Assembly (NCBI GenBank): GCA_965230295.1
Contig: OZ246001.1
Span: 1,280,001 to 1,344,000, forward strand
Direction of reading: 5' to 3'
Length of the DNA: 64,000 nt
DNA from: Marinicella sp.
GTDB taxonomy: Bacteria; Pseudomonadota; Gammaproteobacteria; Xanthomonadales; Marinicellaceae
Below are positions 1 to 13,140 of the stretch, one piece after another (the first letter of the stretch is position 1; every line of letters starts with the position of its first letter). The notes below the pieces were generated by a model, which was not told the origin of the DNA, did not search any database, and saw only the letters and a list, made by a program, of their open reading frames with translations. The translations under genes were made by a program, and so were the position numbers.

Positions 1-252
1 TATGGCATTCCAAAACCTGCGGAAGGCATCATGGTTTCAAATGTGATGCGCGACAGTGCTGCCTACAAATCAGGTATCAAATCCAGGGATGTGATCACCC
101 ATCTAGAGGGTAACGCAGTGAACTCATTTGACCAATACCGCCAGCTGCTGTTCTCTCACACTCTGGGAGAAATGGTCATCATCAAAGGCTATAATGAAGG
201 CGGTGAATTTGAACACGCCATGCGCATCGAACCCAGACCTAACCAAGAATAA
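1..252 (+). CDS. C-terminal PDZ domain of a probable HtrA/DegQ-type serine protease (5' partial)
   Basis: Frame open from base 1; GIMVSNVMRDSAAYKSGIKSRDVITHLEG is a typical PDZ signature. Confidence 0.7.
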   Translation, partial: YGIPKPAEGIMVSNVMRDSAAYKSGIKSRDVITHLEGNAVNSFDQYRQLLFSHTLGEMVIIKGYNEGGEFEHAMRIEPRPNQE

Positions 253-398
253 TCATCGAATGAATGCTGTATTTATGGAATTAGTTCACAATTCACCTGA
301 TGTGTGATGGTTTTATTTAAAAACATTGTATAAAATTTTATTGGGTGTTAGATAATCACAAAATCATTTTCTTGTAACAACCAGAAATGCATATAAGA

Positions 399-2555
399 AT
401 GAACAAAAATTGGCTGGCCTTGTGCCTGTTACTGCTCAGCTCGTCGCTGGCAGTGGCTAAAGAGCGGGCTAAAATTGGATTGGCACTTTCTGGTGGCGGG
501 GCCAGAGGCATGGCCCATGTGGGTGTATTGAAAGCCCTGGAAGAAAAGAACATACCCATTGACTACATTGCCGGAACTTCAATGGGCAGTATTGTTGGTG
601 GTCTGTATGCCACCGGTATGAGCCCTGAAGACTTGGAATGGGCCATCCAGTCAGTTGATTGGGACGATGCCTTGAAACCCTCTGCCAAAAGACAGCTCAA
701 AGATTACCGCCAAAAACAAGAAGAAAAAGATTATTTTGCCGATTTGGAAATTGGCATCTCCAAAGAAGGAGCCAAATCTGGTACGGGATTGGTCGGTGAC
801 CACAAAGTGATGCTTGAATTACAACGCTTGGTTGGTTCCTTTAATGAGCAGGATTTCAATGAATTTCCCATCCCTTTCAGGGCTGTCACTACTGACCTCA
901 ATGAAGGCGAACCTTATATCATTGATCACGGTGATTTGGCCATGGCCATGAGGGCTTCTATGGCTGTACCCTTGGTGTTTGGCCCAGTCAAACACCAAGG
1001 CAGGATGCTGTCAGATGGTGGCATGCTGAACAACCTACCCGTGGATGTGGTTAAAGACATGGGTGCAGACATTGTCATTGCTGTGAACATTTCATCACCC
1101 CTGGCCAGTGTCAATGAACAATCCTCTGTTTTGGCCGTCACCTATCAAAGTATAGATGTGGCATTGGTTCAGAACACCAAGCGATCTTTGAAGATGGCTG
1201 ACATAGTGATCCAACCCGAATTGCAAGGCATTGATGCATCCATGTTTGATCGGGCAGCGGATATGATCAATGATGGCTACCTGACGACCTATGCCTTATC
1301 GGCCAAACTGATGCCCTACAGCATCCCTAAAAAGGACTACATCACCCATTTAGAAAGTCGAAACTTTTTACCCCGGGAAATTCCCAGCCGCATCAGTTTT
1401 GTTGAATTTACTGGTAACAAGAGAACCTCAACTGAGCGTTTAATGTCACGGGCTGACGAATTGATTGGTCAAGAGTTTAAAGCACAAGTGGTGCAAGATT
1501 TTGTCGATCAAACGGTTTCCAAAGAGGAAGACATTCAGGTCATGACTTATCACGTTGATGAAGACGACAACGAAACCAAAGGGATTGTTTTCAAAGTTCA
1601 GGAAAAACGCTGGGGACCAGACTACCTTAAATTCGGCATAAAAGTGCAAGATGACTTTGACTCGAACACCCGCATTTCGTTGCTGGTTAGGCATCACCGC
1701 TACAACATCAACCGCAAAGGCGGCCGCTGGGTTAATGACCTGAGTATTGGTGCCCTGCTGGGCTGGCAATCGGAATTGTACCAACCGCTGGATTTTGATA
1801 ATCGTTTTTTCGCCACTGCCAATATTGACACCATCAAAGACACCCGGCGCTTTTATGAGGGCATAGATGCCACCGGTGAATATGACCACAAAAAATTTGG
1901 CTTTGGTATCAACCTGGGATTCAATCCCAACATCAACAGTGAGCTCCGAGCCGGCATTTGGTACAAAGACGAAAGCGTGGTCCCAGTCATCAATGACATT
2001 GACTTTGAAACGGCCATCAACCGCACCTTGGGACTGAAAGTCAATTATGGTTTTGACTCATTGGAAAAAGCAGTGGGTGCCAGAAATGGATATGACATCA
2101 AAGCAGAACTGGGTATCTTTGATCGGGTTCAATACATCAGCTTTGAAGGCCTGAGACGTTTTCCCATGTTTGAAAAATCAGCAGCCCACCTGAGGTTGAA
2201 ATTTGATTTCACCGATTTGGTCAATGAAGAAGAAATATTCAAAGCTTATGGTGGCATCGATGACTTTGCAGGTTACCCCACCCATTCATTGCTGGGCTTA
2301 AATGCATTTTTATTTGAACTGGGTTGGTACACACCCTTGTCATCAATCGATTTACCCATCATCGGTATTCCAGATTTAACCATCAAAACCCACTGGGGCA
2401 ACGTCTGGCAACGCAACATCAACATAGAAGACATGATTTATGGCATGTCAGCAGGGATCTCATTTGATGTACAAGACACAGTGATGTTTTTGGGAACAGG
2501 TTACAGTCATGATGGTGAAGCCCGGTTCTATTTGCGCTTGGGAACCGGCTTTTAA
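399..2555 (+). CDS. Patatin-like phospholipase with POTRA and beta-barrel (PlpD-like, type Vd)
   Basis: Signal peptide, GGGARG, GTSMG and DGG motifs, POTRA-like VEFTGNKRT, C-terminal YLRLGTGF; start could be 387. Confidence 0.88.
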   Translation: MNKNWLALCLLLLSSSLAVAKERAKIGLALSGGGARGMAHVGVLKALEEKNIPIDYIAGTSMGSIVGGLYATGMSPEDLEWAIQSVDWDDALKPSAKRQLKDYRQKQEEKDYFADLEIGISKEGAKSGTGLVGDHKVMLELQRLVGSFNEQDFNEFPIPFRAVTTDLNEGEPYIIDHGDLAMAMRASMAVPLVFGPVKHQGRMLSDGGMLNNLPVDVVKDMGADIVIAVNISSPLASVNEQSSVLAVTYQSIDVALVQNTKRSLKMADIVIQPELQGIDASMFDRAADMINDGYLTTYALSAKLMPYSIPKKDYITHLESRNFLPREIPSRISFVEFTGNKRTSTERLMSRADELIGQEFKAQVVQDFVDQTVSKEEDIQVMTYHVDEDDNETKGIVFKVQEKRWGPDYLKFGIKVQDDFDSNTRISLLVRHHRYNINRKGGRWVNDLSIGALLGWQSELYQPLDFDNRFFATANIDTIKDTRRFYEGIDATGEYDHKKFGFGINLGFNPNINSELRAGIWYKDESVVPVINDIDFETAINRTLGLKVNYGFDSLEKAVGARNGYDIKAELGIFDRVQYISFEGLRRFPMFEKSAAHLRLKFDFTDLVNEEEIFKAYGGIDDFAGYPTHSLLGLNAFLFELGWYTPLSSIDLPIIGIPDLTIKTHWGNVWQRNINIEDMIYGMSAGISFDVQDTVMFLGTGYSHDGEARFYLRLGTGF

Positions 2556-2727
2556 CTGACAATTTTTTGCAGTTTTCACGATCCCTGAAACACACTAAAA
2601 CAGCACAGCCCCAAAGATGTGACCGACTCAACATTATCAAAAAATCACTGGGACATTAACTTTTATTTTCTAAATTCTGAACAATCAAGTTGGTATCATT
2701 GGACCAGTCTAACCGAAATGAGAACTG

Positions 2728-5735
<3,008 letters not shown>

Positions 5736-6064
5736 GGTTTTGGTGACGATCCATAAAGTGATGTGTGAATCATACAAAAACCATCGACTAACTGCAAGAC
5801 AAAGACCCCGGTGAAATCAATCTCAACCATTTTTGGAGTTCAGCATGATTGGAAAAAAATGTCGATTCCATCAAAAAAATTACAATTATTTACAAATTCA
5901 CATGGACATATATTTGTTTTTGTGATGAATATCACGGTTTTATTTTTGCAATTAACTCCCTGAGGCGTAAAATGGAATGAACTAATCCTGATCAGGGGAA
6001 GCAATCTGGATCAGGTTTTAGGGAAATCTAAAATAATTTAGGACAAATTTAACGAGGTGAAAAA

Positions 6065-6667
6065 ATGAAAAGTAAAATATTATGCTCAGTGGCAGCTGCC
6101 GTCATATCATTCAACGGTTTTGCCAATGAAGCGCAATTTGAAAACAACTCTCCAGCAGGTGTAAAACATCAATCGCTGGACGGCATGAATGCAATCAACC
6201 ACAACCCAAATGCCGAAGACATGATGATTGAAAAAGGATTTGGTACGGGAAATTACCGTGTATTAATCGCTGCATCTGGCAGTTCGGCCAATTATTCTAC
6301 CGTTGACTACACTTATGGTGGTGGTGGGTGTATGTACACCAGTAACAACCTGCAAGATGGCGACTTGGACATCAATTTACAATTACCAGATGGCCACACC
6401 CTGTTGGGGTTCCGCTATTATTGGAATGACACCGATGCCGGCTCGAGCACCGCCAGACTTTGGAAATTCGACGGATTGGGGGGGACTACCAATTTACTTA
6501 ACATCACCTCAACAGGTGACACAGGGTTTGGTAGCTTTTATACAGCACTAACCGGTGGTGATCATGTGATCGACAATTCCACTGGGGCATACGTCATCAG
6601 ATTTGATGGTGGTGCAGGCAACACACAAGAGATGTGTGCTGTTAGGTTATTTATCGCTTCACCTTAA
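6065..6667 (+). CDS. Secreted hypothetical protein, paralog A1
   Basis: RBS GAGGTG, signal peptide, GGGC-LQLPDG-MCAVR motifs shared with 7342..7932. Confidence 0.85.
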   Translation: MKSKILCSVAAAVISFNGFANEAQFENNSPAGVKHQSLDGMNAINHNPNAEDMMIEKGFGTGNYRVLIAASGSSANYSTVDYTYGGGGCMYTSNNLQDGDLDINLQLPDGHTLLGFRYYWNDTDAGSSTARLWKFDGLGGTTNLLNITSTGDTGFGSFYTALTGGDHVIDNSTGAYVIRFDGGAGNTQEMCAVRLFIASP

Positions 6668-6693
6668 TTTAGCAATTGATCAGGAGAAAAATT

Positions 6694-7305
6694 ATGAAAA
6701 TTACTGAATTAAAAGGTGCAACACTGGCCATAGGCATCGCTTTATCGATCACCGCACTGGCTGATAACAACCTGTCTGATGAGGAAATGGCCACTCAGGC
6801 AGCTTTCAACAGCAAAGCTTTGATCGATGGATCTGCAGGACCTGGCGGGACGTCCATCAGATACAAAAATCTGGCTGCCAGTGGCATGAAGGCCCAAACC
6901 CAGTCAGTTAATTACAGCTATTCTGGCGGTGGGTGTATGAAAGCAACGGCACCGAGTACTTACGTGGCGTTTGATGACATGGTGGACTTACCGGTTGGTT
7001 CAAAACTGGTGTCTTTGACACTGAATACCAACCCAACCAGTTCAACAGATTCGCAAACGGCTCAAATTTACCAGTCTTTAGATGGCTCATTTTCGACCCT
7101 TGCCTTTGTGACAGTCAATGATGACAGTATTGCAGATCATACATCTGACGGGGTCTTTTTCGACCACACGCTTTTGTATGATGGCTTAACAATGGCAAGA
7201 CTTGAAGTCAGTGGCAATACGGCTGAAATTTGTTCGATGAGAATCGGATACATTTCTCCGGATGTGGCCAGCGATGTGATTTATGCATCTAACTTTTATA
7301 GATAA
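6694..7305 (+). CDS. Secreted hypothetical protein, paralog B copy 1 (tail DVIYASNFYR)
   Basis: RBS AGGAG before ATG 6694, signal peptide, YSGGGCM and ICSMR motifs. Confidence 0.85.
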   Translation: MKITELKGATLAIGIALSITALADNNLSDEEMATQAAFNSKALIDGSAGPGGTSIRYKNLAASGMKAQTQSVNYSYSGGGCMKATAPSTYVAFDDMVDLPVGSKLVSLTLNTNPTSSTDSQTAQIYQSLDGSFSTLAFVTVNDDSIADHTSDGVFFDHTLLYDGLTMARLEVSGNTAEICSMRIGYISPDVASDVIYASNFYR

Positions 7306-7341
7306 ACAAAATAAAAACGACAGAATAAACGAGGTGAAAAA

Positions 7342-7932
7342 ATGAAAAAATTATTATTTAAATCCATCGCTATAGGACTTTTAGCGACATCCGGACTGGC
7401 ATCTGCACAAGAATTTGATACAAGCAAGCCAGTTAATCATATAAACGACCTTTTCAATGGTGAGAACGTACCTTTCTCGACAGACGGGCGCAGCAACGAA
7501 AAAGGATTCGTCCCAGGTGCTCTTTATTATTTATATTTTTCTGCATCAACAGCAGCACCCATATCACAAACGGCAGGAAAAACTTATTCAAGCGCAGGTT
7601 GTGTTTACAACAGTGCAACGGGTAGCCTGGATGTGAGCCTACAATTACCGGATGGCCATACCATCAAAGGATTCAGGTATTTCTGGGATGATGCATCTGC
7701 TTCAAGCACATCAGCAGCCATGATTACTTATGATGGTGCAGGTGGATTCACAACTTTGGATACACTTCAGTCCACGGGTGACACCGGCTTTGGTAGTTTT
7801 TATCAAGACCTACCAGGTGGCGATGTTGTGGTTAATAACGCCACTACCGCCTACAGCTTCAGATTTTTCAACAGTGAGGCTGGGTTCGCTCAAAAAATGT
7901 GTGGAGTAAGGGTTGCTATGGAAGCACCTTAA
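7342..7932 (+). CDS. Secreted hypothetical protein, paralog A2
   Basis: Same leader AACGAGGTGAAAAAATGAAAA as A1; shared blocks LQLPDGHT, GFRY, STGDTGFGSFY. Confidence 0.85.
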   Translation: MKKLLFKSIAIGLLATSGLASAQEFDTSKPVNHINDLFNGENVPFSTDGRSNEKGFVPGALYYLYFSASTAAPISQTAGKTYSSAGCVYNSATGSLDVSLQLPDGHTIKGFRYFWDDASASSTSAAMITYDGAGGFTTLDTLQSTGDTGFGSFYQDLPGGDVVVNNATTAYSFRFFNSEAGFAQKMCGVRVAMEAP

Positions 7933-7958
7933 GTAAGTAATTGATCAGGAGAAAAATT

Positions 7959-8570
7959 ATGAAAATTACTGAATTAAAAGGTGCAACACTGGCCATAGGC
8001 ATCGCTTTATCGATCACCGCACTGGCTGATAACAACCTGTCTGATGAGGAAATGGCCACTCAGGCAGCTTTCAACAGCAAAGCTTTGATCGATGGATCTG
8101 CAGGACCTGGCGGGACGTCCATCAGATACAAAAATCTGGCTGCCAGTGGCATGAAGGCCCAAACCCAGTCAGTTAATTACAGCTATTCTGGCGGTGGGTG
8201 TATGAAAGCAACGGCACCGAGTACTTACGTGGCGTTTGATGACATGGTGGACTTACCGGTTGGTTCAAAACTGGTGTCTTTGACACTGAATACCAACCCA
8301 ACCAGTTCAACAGATTCGCAAACGGCTCAAATTTACCAGTCTTTAGATGGCTCATTTTCGACCCTTGCCTTTGTGACAGTCAATGATGACAGTATTGCAG
8401 ATCATACATCTGACGGGGTCTTTTTCGACCACACGCTTTTGTATGATGGCTTAACAATGGCAAGACTTGAAGTCAGTGGCAATACGGCTGAAATTTGTTC
8501 GATGAGAATCGGATACATTTCTCCGGATGTGGCCAGCGATGTGATTTATGCATCTAACTTTTATAGATAA
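7959..8570 (+). CDS. Secreted hypothetical protein, paralog B copy 2
   Basis: Translation identical to 6694..7305. Confidence 0.85.
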   Translation: MKITELKGATLAIGIALSITALADNNLSDEEMATQAAFNSKALIDGSAGPGGTSIRYKNLAASGMKAQTQSVNYSYSGGGCMKATAPSTYVAFDDMVDLPVGSKLVSLTLNTNPTSSTDSQTAQIYQSLDGSFSTLAFVTVNDDSIADHTSDGVFFDHTLLYDGLTMARLEVSGNTAEICSMRIGYISPDVASDVIYASNFYR

Positions 8571-8591
8571 GACACCATTTTCACAGCCAAG

Positions 8592-8618
8592 AAAACCCTG
8601 CTTCGGCAGGGTTTTTTT
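8592..8618. terminator. Rho-independent terminator, probably bidirectional
   Basis: AAAACCCTGC-TTCG-GCAGGGTTTTTTT between convergent genes. Confidence 0.9.
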
Positions 8619-9309
8619 ATGCCTGAATGGGGCTTAAGGCTTCAAGATACAAATCAGCCACATCCAGTGGCTTGGCCAATTTGTCTGGATTTTCAGCAGG
8701 CCAGGCTTTGGCACGCAATGGTGTGTGCATGGGCGGCGGGGTAATGGTCAAGACTTTGACACCTTGGTTCTCACATTCTTGTGCCAAGATTTTGGAAAAC
8801 TGCTCAATGGCGGCTTTACCCACACCATATTGCCCCCAATAGGCTTTGGCCAATGTTTGTTGGTCATCAGAAGTGAAGATCACGGTACCTTTACTTTTGA
8901 GGATTAATGGCAACAAAGCCTGGGTCAAGAAAATCGGTGAGTTGACATTCACCTGCATTTCTTTCAACCATCTTGAAGCTTCATACAACAAAAACGGCGT
9001 TAAACTGCCAAACTCCGCAGCGGTATGAATCAAACCATCCAACTGACCGAAATTGTCTTTGATCACTTTGCTTAACTGCATGTAATCGTTGGGCGTGGCT
9101 CCGACCAGGTTCATTGGATAGACGACTGGCTCGGGTAAGTCACGCTTAACCAATTCGTCACACAATTTATCCAGGGCCTTGGGGTTCTTATCACTGATGA
9201 TGAGGTTGGCATGCTGTTGTGACAAACGCAAAGCCAATGCTGAACCCAAGCCTCCGCAGGCACCGGTGAGAAAAATGGTTTTGTTGGCTAATTGCTTTTG
9301 TTTTTCCAT
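8617..9309 (-). CDS. SDR oxidoreductase, YciK-like
   Basis: TGACGGLG, YWGQYGVGK catalytic YxxxK, RAKAWPAENP. Confidence 0.85.
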   Translation of the reverse strand: MEKQKQLANKTIFLTGACGGLGSALALRLSQQHANLIISDKNPKALDKLCDELVKRDLPEPVVYPMNLVGATPNDYMQLSKVIKDNFGQLDGLIHTAAEFGSLTPFLLYEASRWLKEMQVNVNSPIFLTQALLPLILKSKGTVIFTSDDQQTLAKAYWGQYGVGKAAIEQFSKILAQECENQGVKVLTITPPPMHTPLRAKAWPAENPDKLAKPLDVADLYLEALSPIQA

Positions 9310-9648
9310 GTTATTGAGTCTGTGGTGGTCAAATTTGATTCCAGAATTCTAGCAGCTTTATCACAAAATACACAATGATTATCTAAGCTGGCCGACAATG
9401 TAATGCATCTGGTACCAAAATGCCTAGCGCCTGTTAACCGGTCTAAATTGTTAAAATCTCATAAACCAGTCAGTTAGAATTCAGATTTTTTGTGTTATCA
9501 TCTACTGCTTTGGTCGTAGTGTGGTGTGTAAAAGGCCTGTCTTTTATCTGTACTCAGCCACCAAATGTCCAAAAAACACATGCCATTTCGGGAATACATA
9601 AAAATCTCGGCAACAGAACAATAATTAAAACTTATTAGAGGATAATTT

Positions 9649-11886
9649 ATGAATACTCAAACGAGTGAAGCTGAAACATATGATGACGATACACTCTGGG
9701 GACACCCCATAGGATTGTACGTTTGTTTTGCAACAGAGCTGTGGGAGCGCTTCTCATTCTATGGGATGAAATTTCTGCTGTTGTTGTACTTAACCAAGTA
9801 CCACTTATTCAGCGACACCAATGGTTTGAGTATTGTTGGGTCTTATGCAGGTTTGGTTTATGCCTTACCTTTGTTAGGTGGATTGTTGGCCGATCGCTAC
9901 CTGGGGATGCGTAAAGCCGTGATTTTTGGTGGCATTTTATTGGTACTGGGTCACTTATTGATGGCCGTAGAAGGCACCCAGGCGTCAATGGTTGGCGGTG
10001 AAGTGGTGCGTGATGATTTCGCCATCAATGTATTCTATCTGGCACTGGCCCTGATCGTAGTGGGCGTGGGGTTTTTAAAACCCAACATTTCAACCATCGT
10101 AGGCAAACTTTATCCTGATAATGACCCACGCCGTGATTCCGGATTCACCATCTTCTACCAAGGCATCAACATTGGCTCTTTTGTGGCCACCTTGATTTGT
10201 GCTTGGCTGGGTGAAACCTATGGTTGGAGTTATGGTTTTGGTGCCGCAGGTTTGGGTATGTTGATTGGACTGGTGACGTTTCTTTGGGGCCAAAAATACT
10301 TGTATGGTCATGCAGAACCGAACAACCCTGAGGTGTTGAAAGAGTCATTCTTAGGCCCTTTGAACAAAGAATGGGCCATCTATTTGTTTTCAGTTCTGGG
10401 CTTGGGCATTGTGTGGTTCCTGGTTCAAAAGATATCCATTGTTTTCTTCACCCAAAACTTATTCTTGTTGGCAGCCGTTGTTGGACTGATTTTCTACGCC
10501 ATGTACTACAAAAATGATGACCAAAACAAGGGTCTGGCGAAAATTTTTGCTGCTGTGATTGTGGTCTTTGGCTTGTTGACCGTATTCGGATTCACCACCG
10601 ATCATTTCCCTGACTCGGTATTCGGTACCATACCATTATTCAATACTTTGGCTCACAACATGGTGTGGATGTCTTATGTGCTGTTGGGCATGGTCATCGG
10701 CTTCAGCATTTATGGTTTCATCAAAACCAGCTCTGAAGATTACTCCAGAATGGTGGTGCTGCTGTTATTGATCATTTCAACGATTGTTTTTTGGGCCTTG
10801 TTTGAACAATCGGCCGGTTCCATGACCTTGTTTGCAGACCGCGTGATTGATCGGAAGATTGTCGACGCCAACTTAACCTCAGGAGATGCTTGGCAATTTT
10901 ATGTGACCGGAGCAGTGACTCTGGCCTTGGCTTTTTGGGGTTTCATCGCCTCAAATAACTACCGCAAATTGCATAACATACCGCTGATTGATTCATTGAA
11001 AGCATCTATCATGGTGGCAGTGATTGCGGTCATACTGTACCTGGCATTCAGCATGTATCAAGGTGGCACTGAATGGCTCGGCCATTTGTCCTATGTTGGC
11101 ATTTTCTTTTTGTTGTTGGCAGCGGTTACAGTGGCCATTGCGCTGGCTTTTGTGCTGATTGGATTTTTCTATAAACGTGATAAATCAAACGTCGTTTCAC
11201 AAATTGACGCCAGTGCTTCGGCAGCCAGTATCAACATCATTGCAATCACCCTGTTCCTGTTAGGCGGCTATGCCATTTATTTCGGGATCACAGAATTGGC
11301 AGGACTGGCAGATGGCCAAACACGGCCTTTGATCTTTGAACCCACCGCAGGTCAATACGGATCTTTGAATGCTTTATTTATTTTCACCCTGGCACCTGTA
11401 TTTGCTGCCTTGTGGGTGAAATTGGGCAAGATGAATTTAGACCCATCAACACCGGTCAAATTCTCTCTGGGTTTGATTCAAGTCGGCCTGGGTTTCGGTG
11501 CCTTGTTGATCGGAGCCATGACACCCGATGAAGCCGGGAAAGTGGCTTGGGTGTGGTTGATGTTTGCCTACTTATTACACACCACAGGGGAATTGAGTTT
11601 GTCTCCTGTGGGCTTATCTGCAGTAACCAAATTGTCGATCAAAAGTGTGGTCAGTTTGGTCATGGGTGTTTGGTTCCTGGCGACCTCCTTGTCAGAAGTG
11701 GTGGCGGTGTTACTGGCTAAGATTGCAGCCCTTGATACCGAAGAGCTGAACACATTAACGGTCACCCAACAACTGGATAAGTACAACGAACTGTGGAGCA
11801 CCTTGCTGTACTTGGGCGTCGGATTTGGCTTGGTCATGCTGATTGTTTCACCTTTATTGAAAAAAGGCATGAGAGGTATTCACTGA
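9649..11886 (+). CDS. POT/PTR proton-dependent oligopeptide transporter, unusually long
   Basis: TELWERFSFYGM motif, FTIFYQGINIG PTR2 motif, GELSLSPVGLS. Confidence 0.92.
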   Translation: MNTQTSEAETYDDDTLWGHPIGLYVCFATELWERFSFYGMKFLLLLYLTKYHLFSDTNGLSIVGSYAGLVYALPLLGGLLADRYLGMRKAVIFGGILLVLGHLLMAVEGTQASMVGGEVVRDDFAINVFYLALALIVVGVGFLKPNISTIVGKLYPDNDPRRDSGFTIFYQGINIGSFVATLICAWLGETYGWSYGFGAAGLGMLIGLVTFLWGQKYLYGHAEPNNPEVLKESFLGPLNKEWAIYLFSVLGLGIVWFLVQKISIVFFTQNLFLLAAVVGLIFYAMYYKNDDQNKGLAKIFAAVIVVFGLLTVFGFTTDHFPDSVFGTIPLFNTLAHNMVWMSYVLLGMVIGFSIYGFIKTSSEDYSRMVVLLLLIISTIVFWALFEQSAGSMTLFADRVIDRKIVDANLTSGDAWQFYVTGAVTLALAFWGFIASNNYRKLHNIPLIDSLKASIMVAVIAVILYLAFSMYQGGTEWLGHLSYVGIFFLLLAAVTVAIALAFVLIGFFYKRDKSNVVSQIDASASAASINIIAITLFLLGGYAIYFGITELAGLADGQTRPLIFEPTAGQYGSLNALFIFTLAPVFAALWVKLGKMNLDPSTPVKFSLGLIQVGLGFGALLIGAMTPDEAGKVAWVWLMFAYLLHTTGELSLSPVGLSAVTKLSIKSVVSLVMGVWFLATSLSEVVAVLLAKIAALDTEELNTLTVTQQLDKYNELWSTLLYLGVGFGLVMLIVSPLLKKGMRGIH

Positions 11887-11904
11887 TCACTTGTAAATAA
11901 GCGT

Positions 11905-11940
11905 AAAGCACCCATTGTTACTGTCATGGGTGCTTTTTTT
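11905..11940 (+). terminator. Rho-independent terminator
   Basis: AAAGCACCCAT...ATGGGTGCTTT plus T tract. Confidence 0.75.
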
Positions 11941-11959
11941 ATACCTGAATCATTGAAAT

Positions 11960-12262
11960 ATGCCGCTGTATACTTACGAAAACAAACATGAAGACCAACA
12001 CTGTACCTATTGCTTGGGTGGTTTTGATGTGATGCAAAAATTATCTGATCCGGTATTCACCCACTGCACTTACTGTGGCAGCCCCATCAAAAAAGTGATC
12101 AAAGCAGTAAACCTCAAGGGCCAAACCACTGCCTCACCCAACAGCACTTTGAGCGAAAAGAACATCGCCAAGCAAGGTTTCACCCAATACCGCAAAGTCA
12201 GCAAAGGTCAGTACGAAAAAACCGCCGGCAAAGGCCCCGACACCATTCAGTCTGAAGAATAA
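11960..12262 (+). CDS. FmdB-family zinc-ribbon protein
   Basis: MPLYTYE start, two CxxC pairs, GFTQYRK. Confidence 0.85.
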   Translation: MPLYTYENKHEDQHCTYCLGGFDVMQKLSDPVFTHCTYCGSPIKKVIKAVNLKGQTTASPNSTLSEKNIAKQGFTQYRKVSKGQYEKTAGKGPDTIQSEE

Positions 12263-12362
12263 TCTGAATAGCTGATTGCGAACACCAGAAGTCCTAACTT
12301 TTCACAAATAATCCACAATTTGATGGTAGAATCAGTGCCTTTTTAAACTGTTGGGAGACACC

Positions 12363-13124
12363 ATGAAAAAATTATTCACTGCAGCGTTGATCGCTGGCTT
12401 GGCATTCACAGCACAAGCAGATGACCACAAGAAATCGACTGAAGATTTAATTAAAATGGCGATGGAATCAGAACTGCGCACCGAAGCAGAAACCGACCGT
12501 GATCGCAACCGCAGACCCGTTCAGACCTTGGCCTTTTTGGGCCTTGAACACGACATGAAAGTGGTTGAGCTGCTACCTGGCGGTGGCTGGTATACAAAAA
12601 TTCTGGCACCCGTTTTGAAAGATGACGGTGAATTGATCGTGGCCTTAGGCACTTCACGAGCCAGTAAACTGATTGAAGAAAACGAGTCATTATCACACGT
12701 TAAAATTGGTGCGCCAGATTCAAACATCTATCGCAAAGAAGGTGCTCGATTTTATTCTTTAGAAAATGGTGATTTGGGCGTCAAAAAAGCCGACATGGTG
12801 TTGACCTTCAGAAACTACCATAACTTTGCTGAAGATGGGCGCCAAGCCATGAACGATGTGGCTTGGGATGCACTGAAAATGGGTGGTATCTATGGTGTGG
12901 TTGATCACACCAGGCGTCACATGGAAGGTGAAAACAGTGAAAACCGCAGACGTTTTGATCCAGTCAAAGCCATCTTGGAAATTCAAGCAGCTGGGTTTGA
13001 GTTGGTTGATTTTTCTGACTTGCACTACCGTGCTGATGATGAATTGGAGTACGAAGTGGGTAGAAAATCTGTGACCGGCAACACCGACCGATTCACCTTA
13101 AAATTCAAAAAAGTGAAAAAATAA
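12363..13124 (+). CDS. Secreted predicted SAM-dependent methyltransferase
   Basis: Signal peptide, VELLPGGGWYT, FRNYHN, TDRFTLKF. Confidence 0.82.
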   Translation: MKKLFTAALIAGLAFTAQADDHKKSTEDLIKMAMESELRTEAETDRDRNRRPVQTLAFLGLEHDMKVVELLPGGGWYTKILAPVLKDDGELIVALGTSRASKLIEENESLSHVKIGAPDSNIYRKEGARFYSLENGDLGVKKADMVLTFRNYHNFAEDGRQAMNDVAWDALKMGGIYGVVDHTRRHMEGENSENRRRFDPVKAILEIQAAGFELVDFSDLHYRADDELEYEVGRKSVTGNTDRFTLKFKKVKK

Positions 13125-13140
13125 ACTTTGATCTAAACCA

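Larger units (their letters stand above)
6674..8570 (+). repeat. 632 bp direct repeat (6674..7305 and 7939..8570)
   Basis: Identical sense and antisense translations in the ORF track; no nucleotide difference in the stretches compared by eye. Confidence 0.92.
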
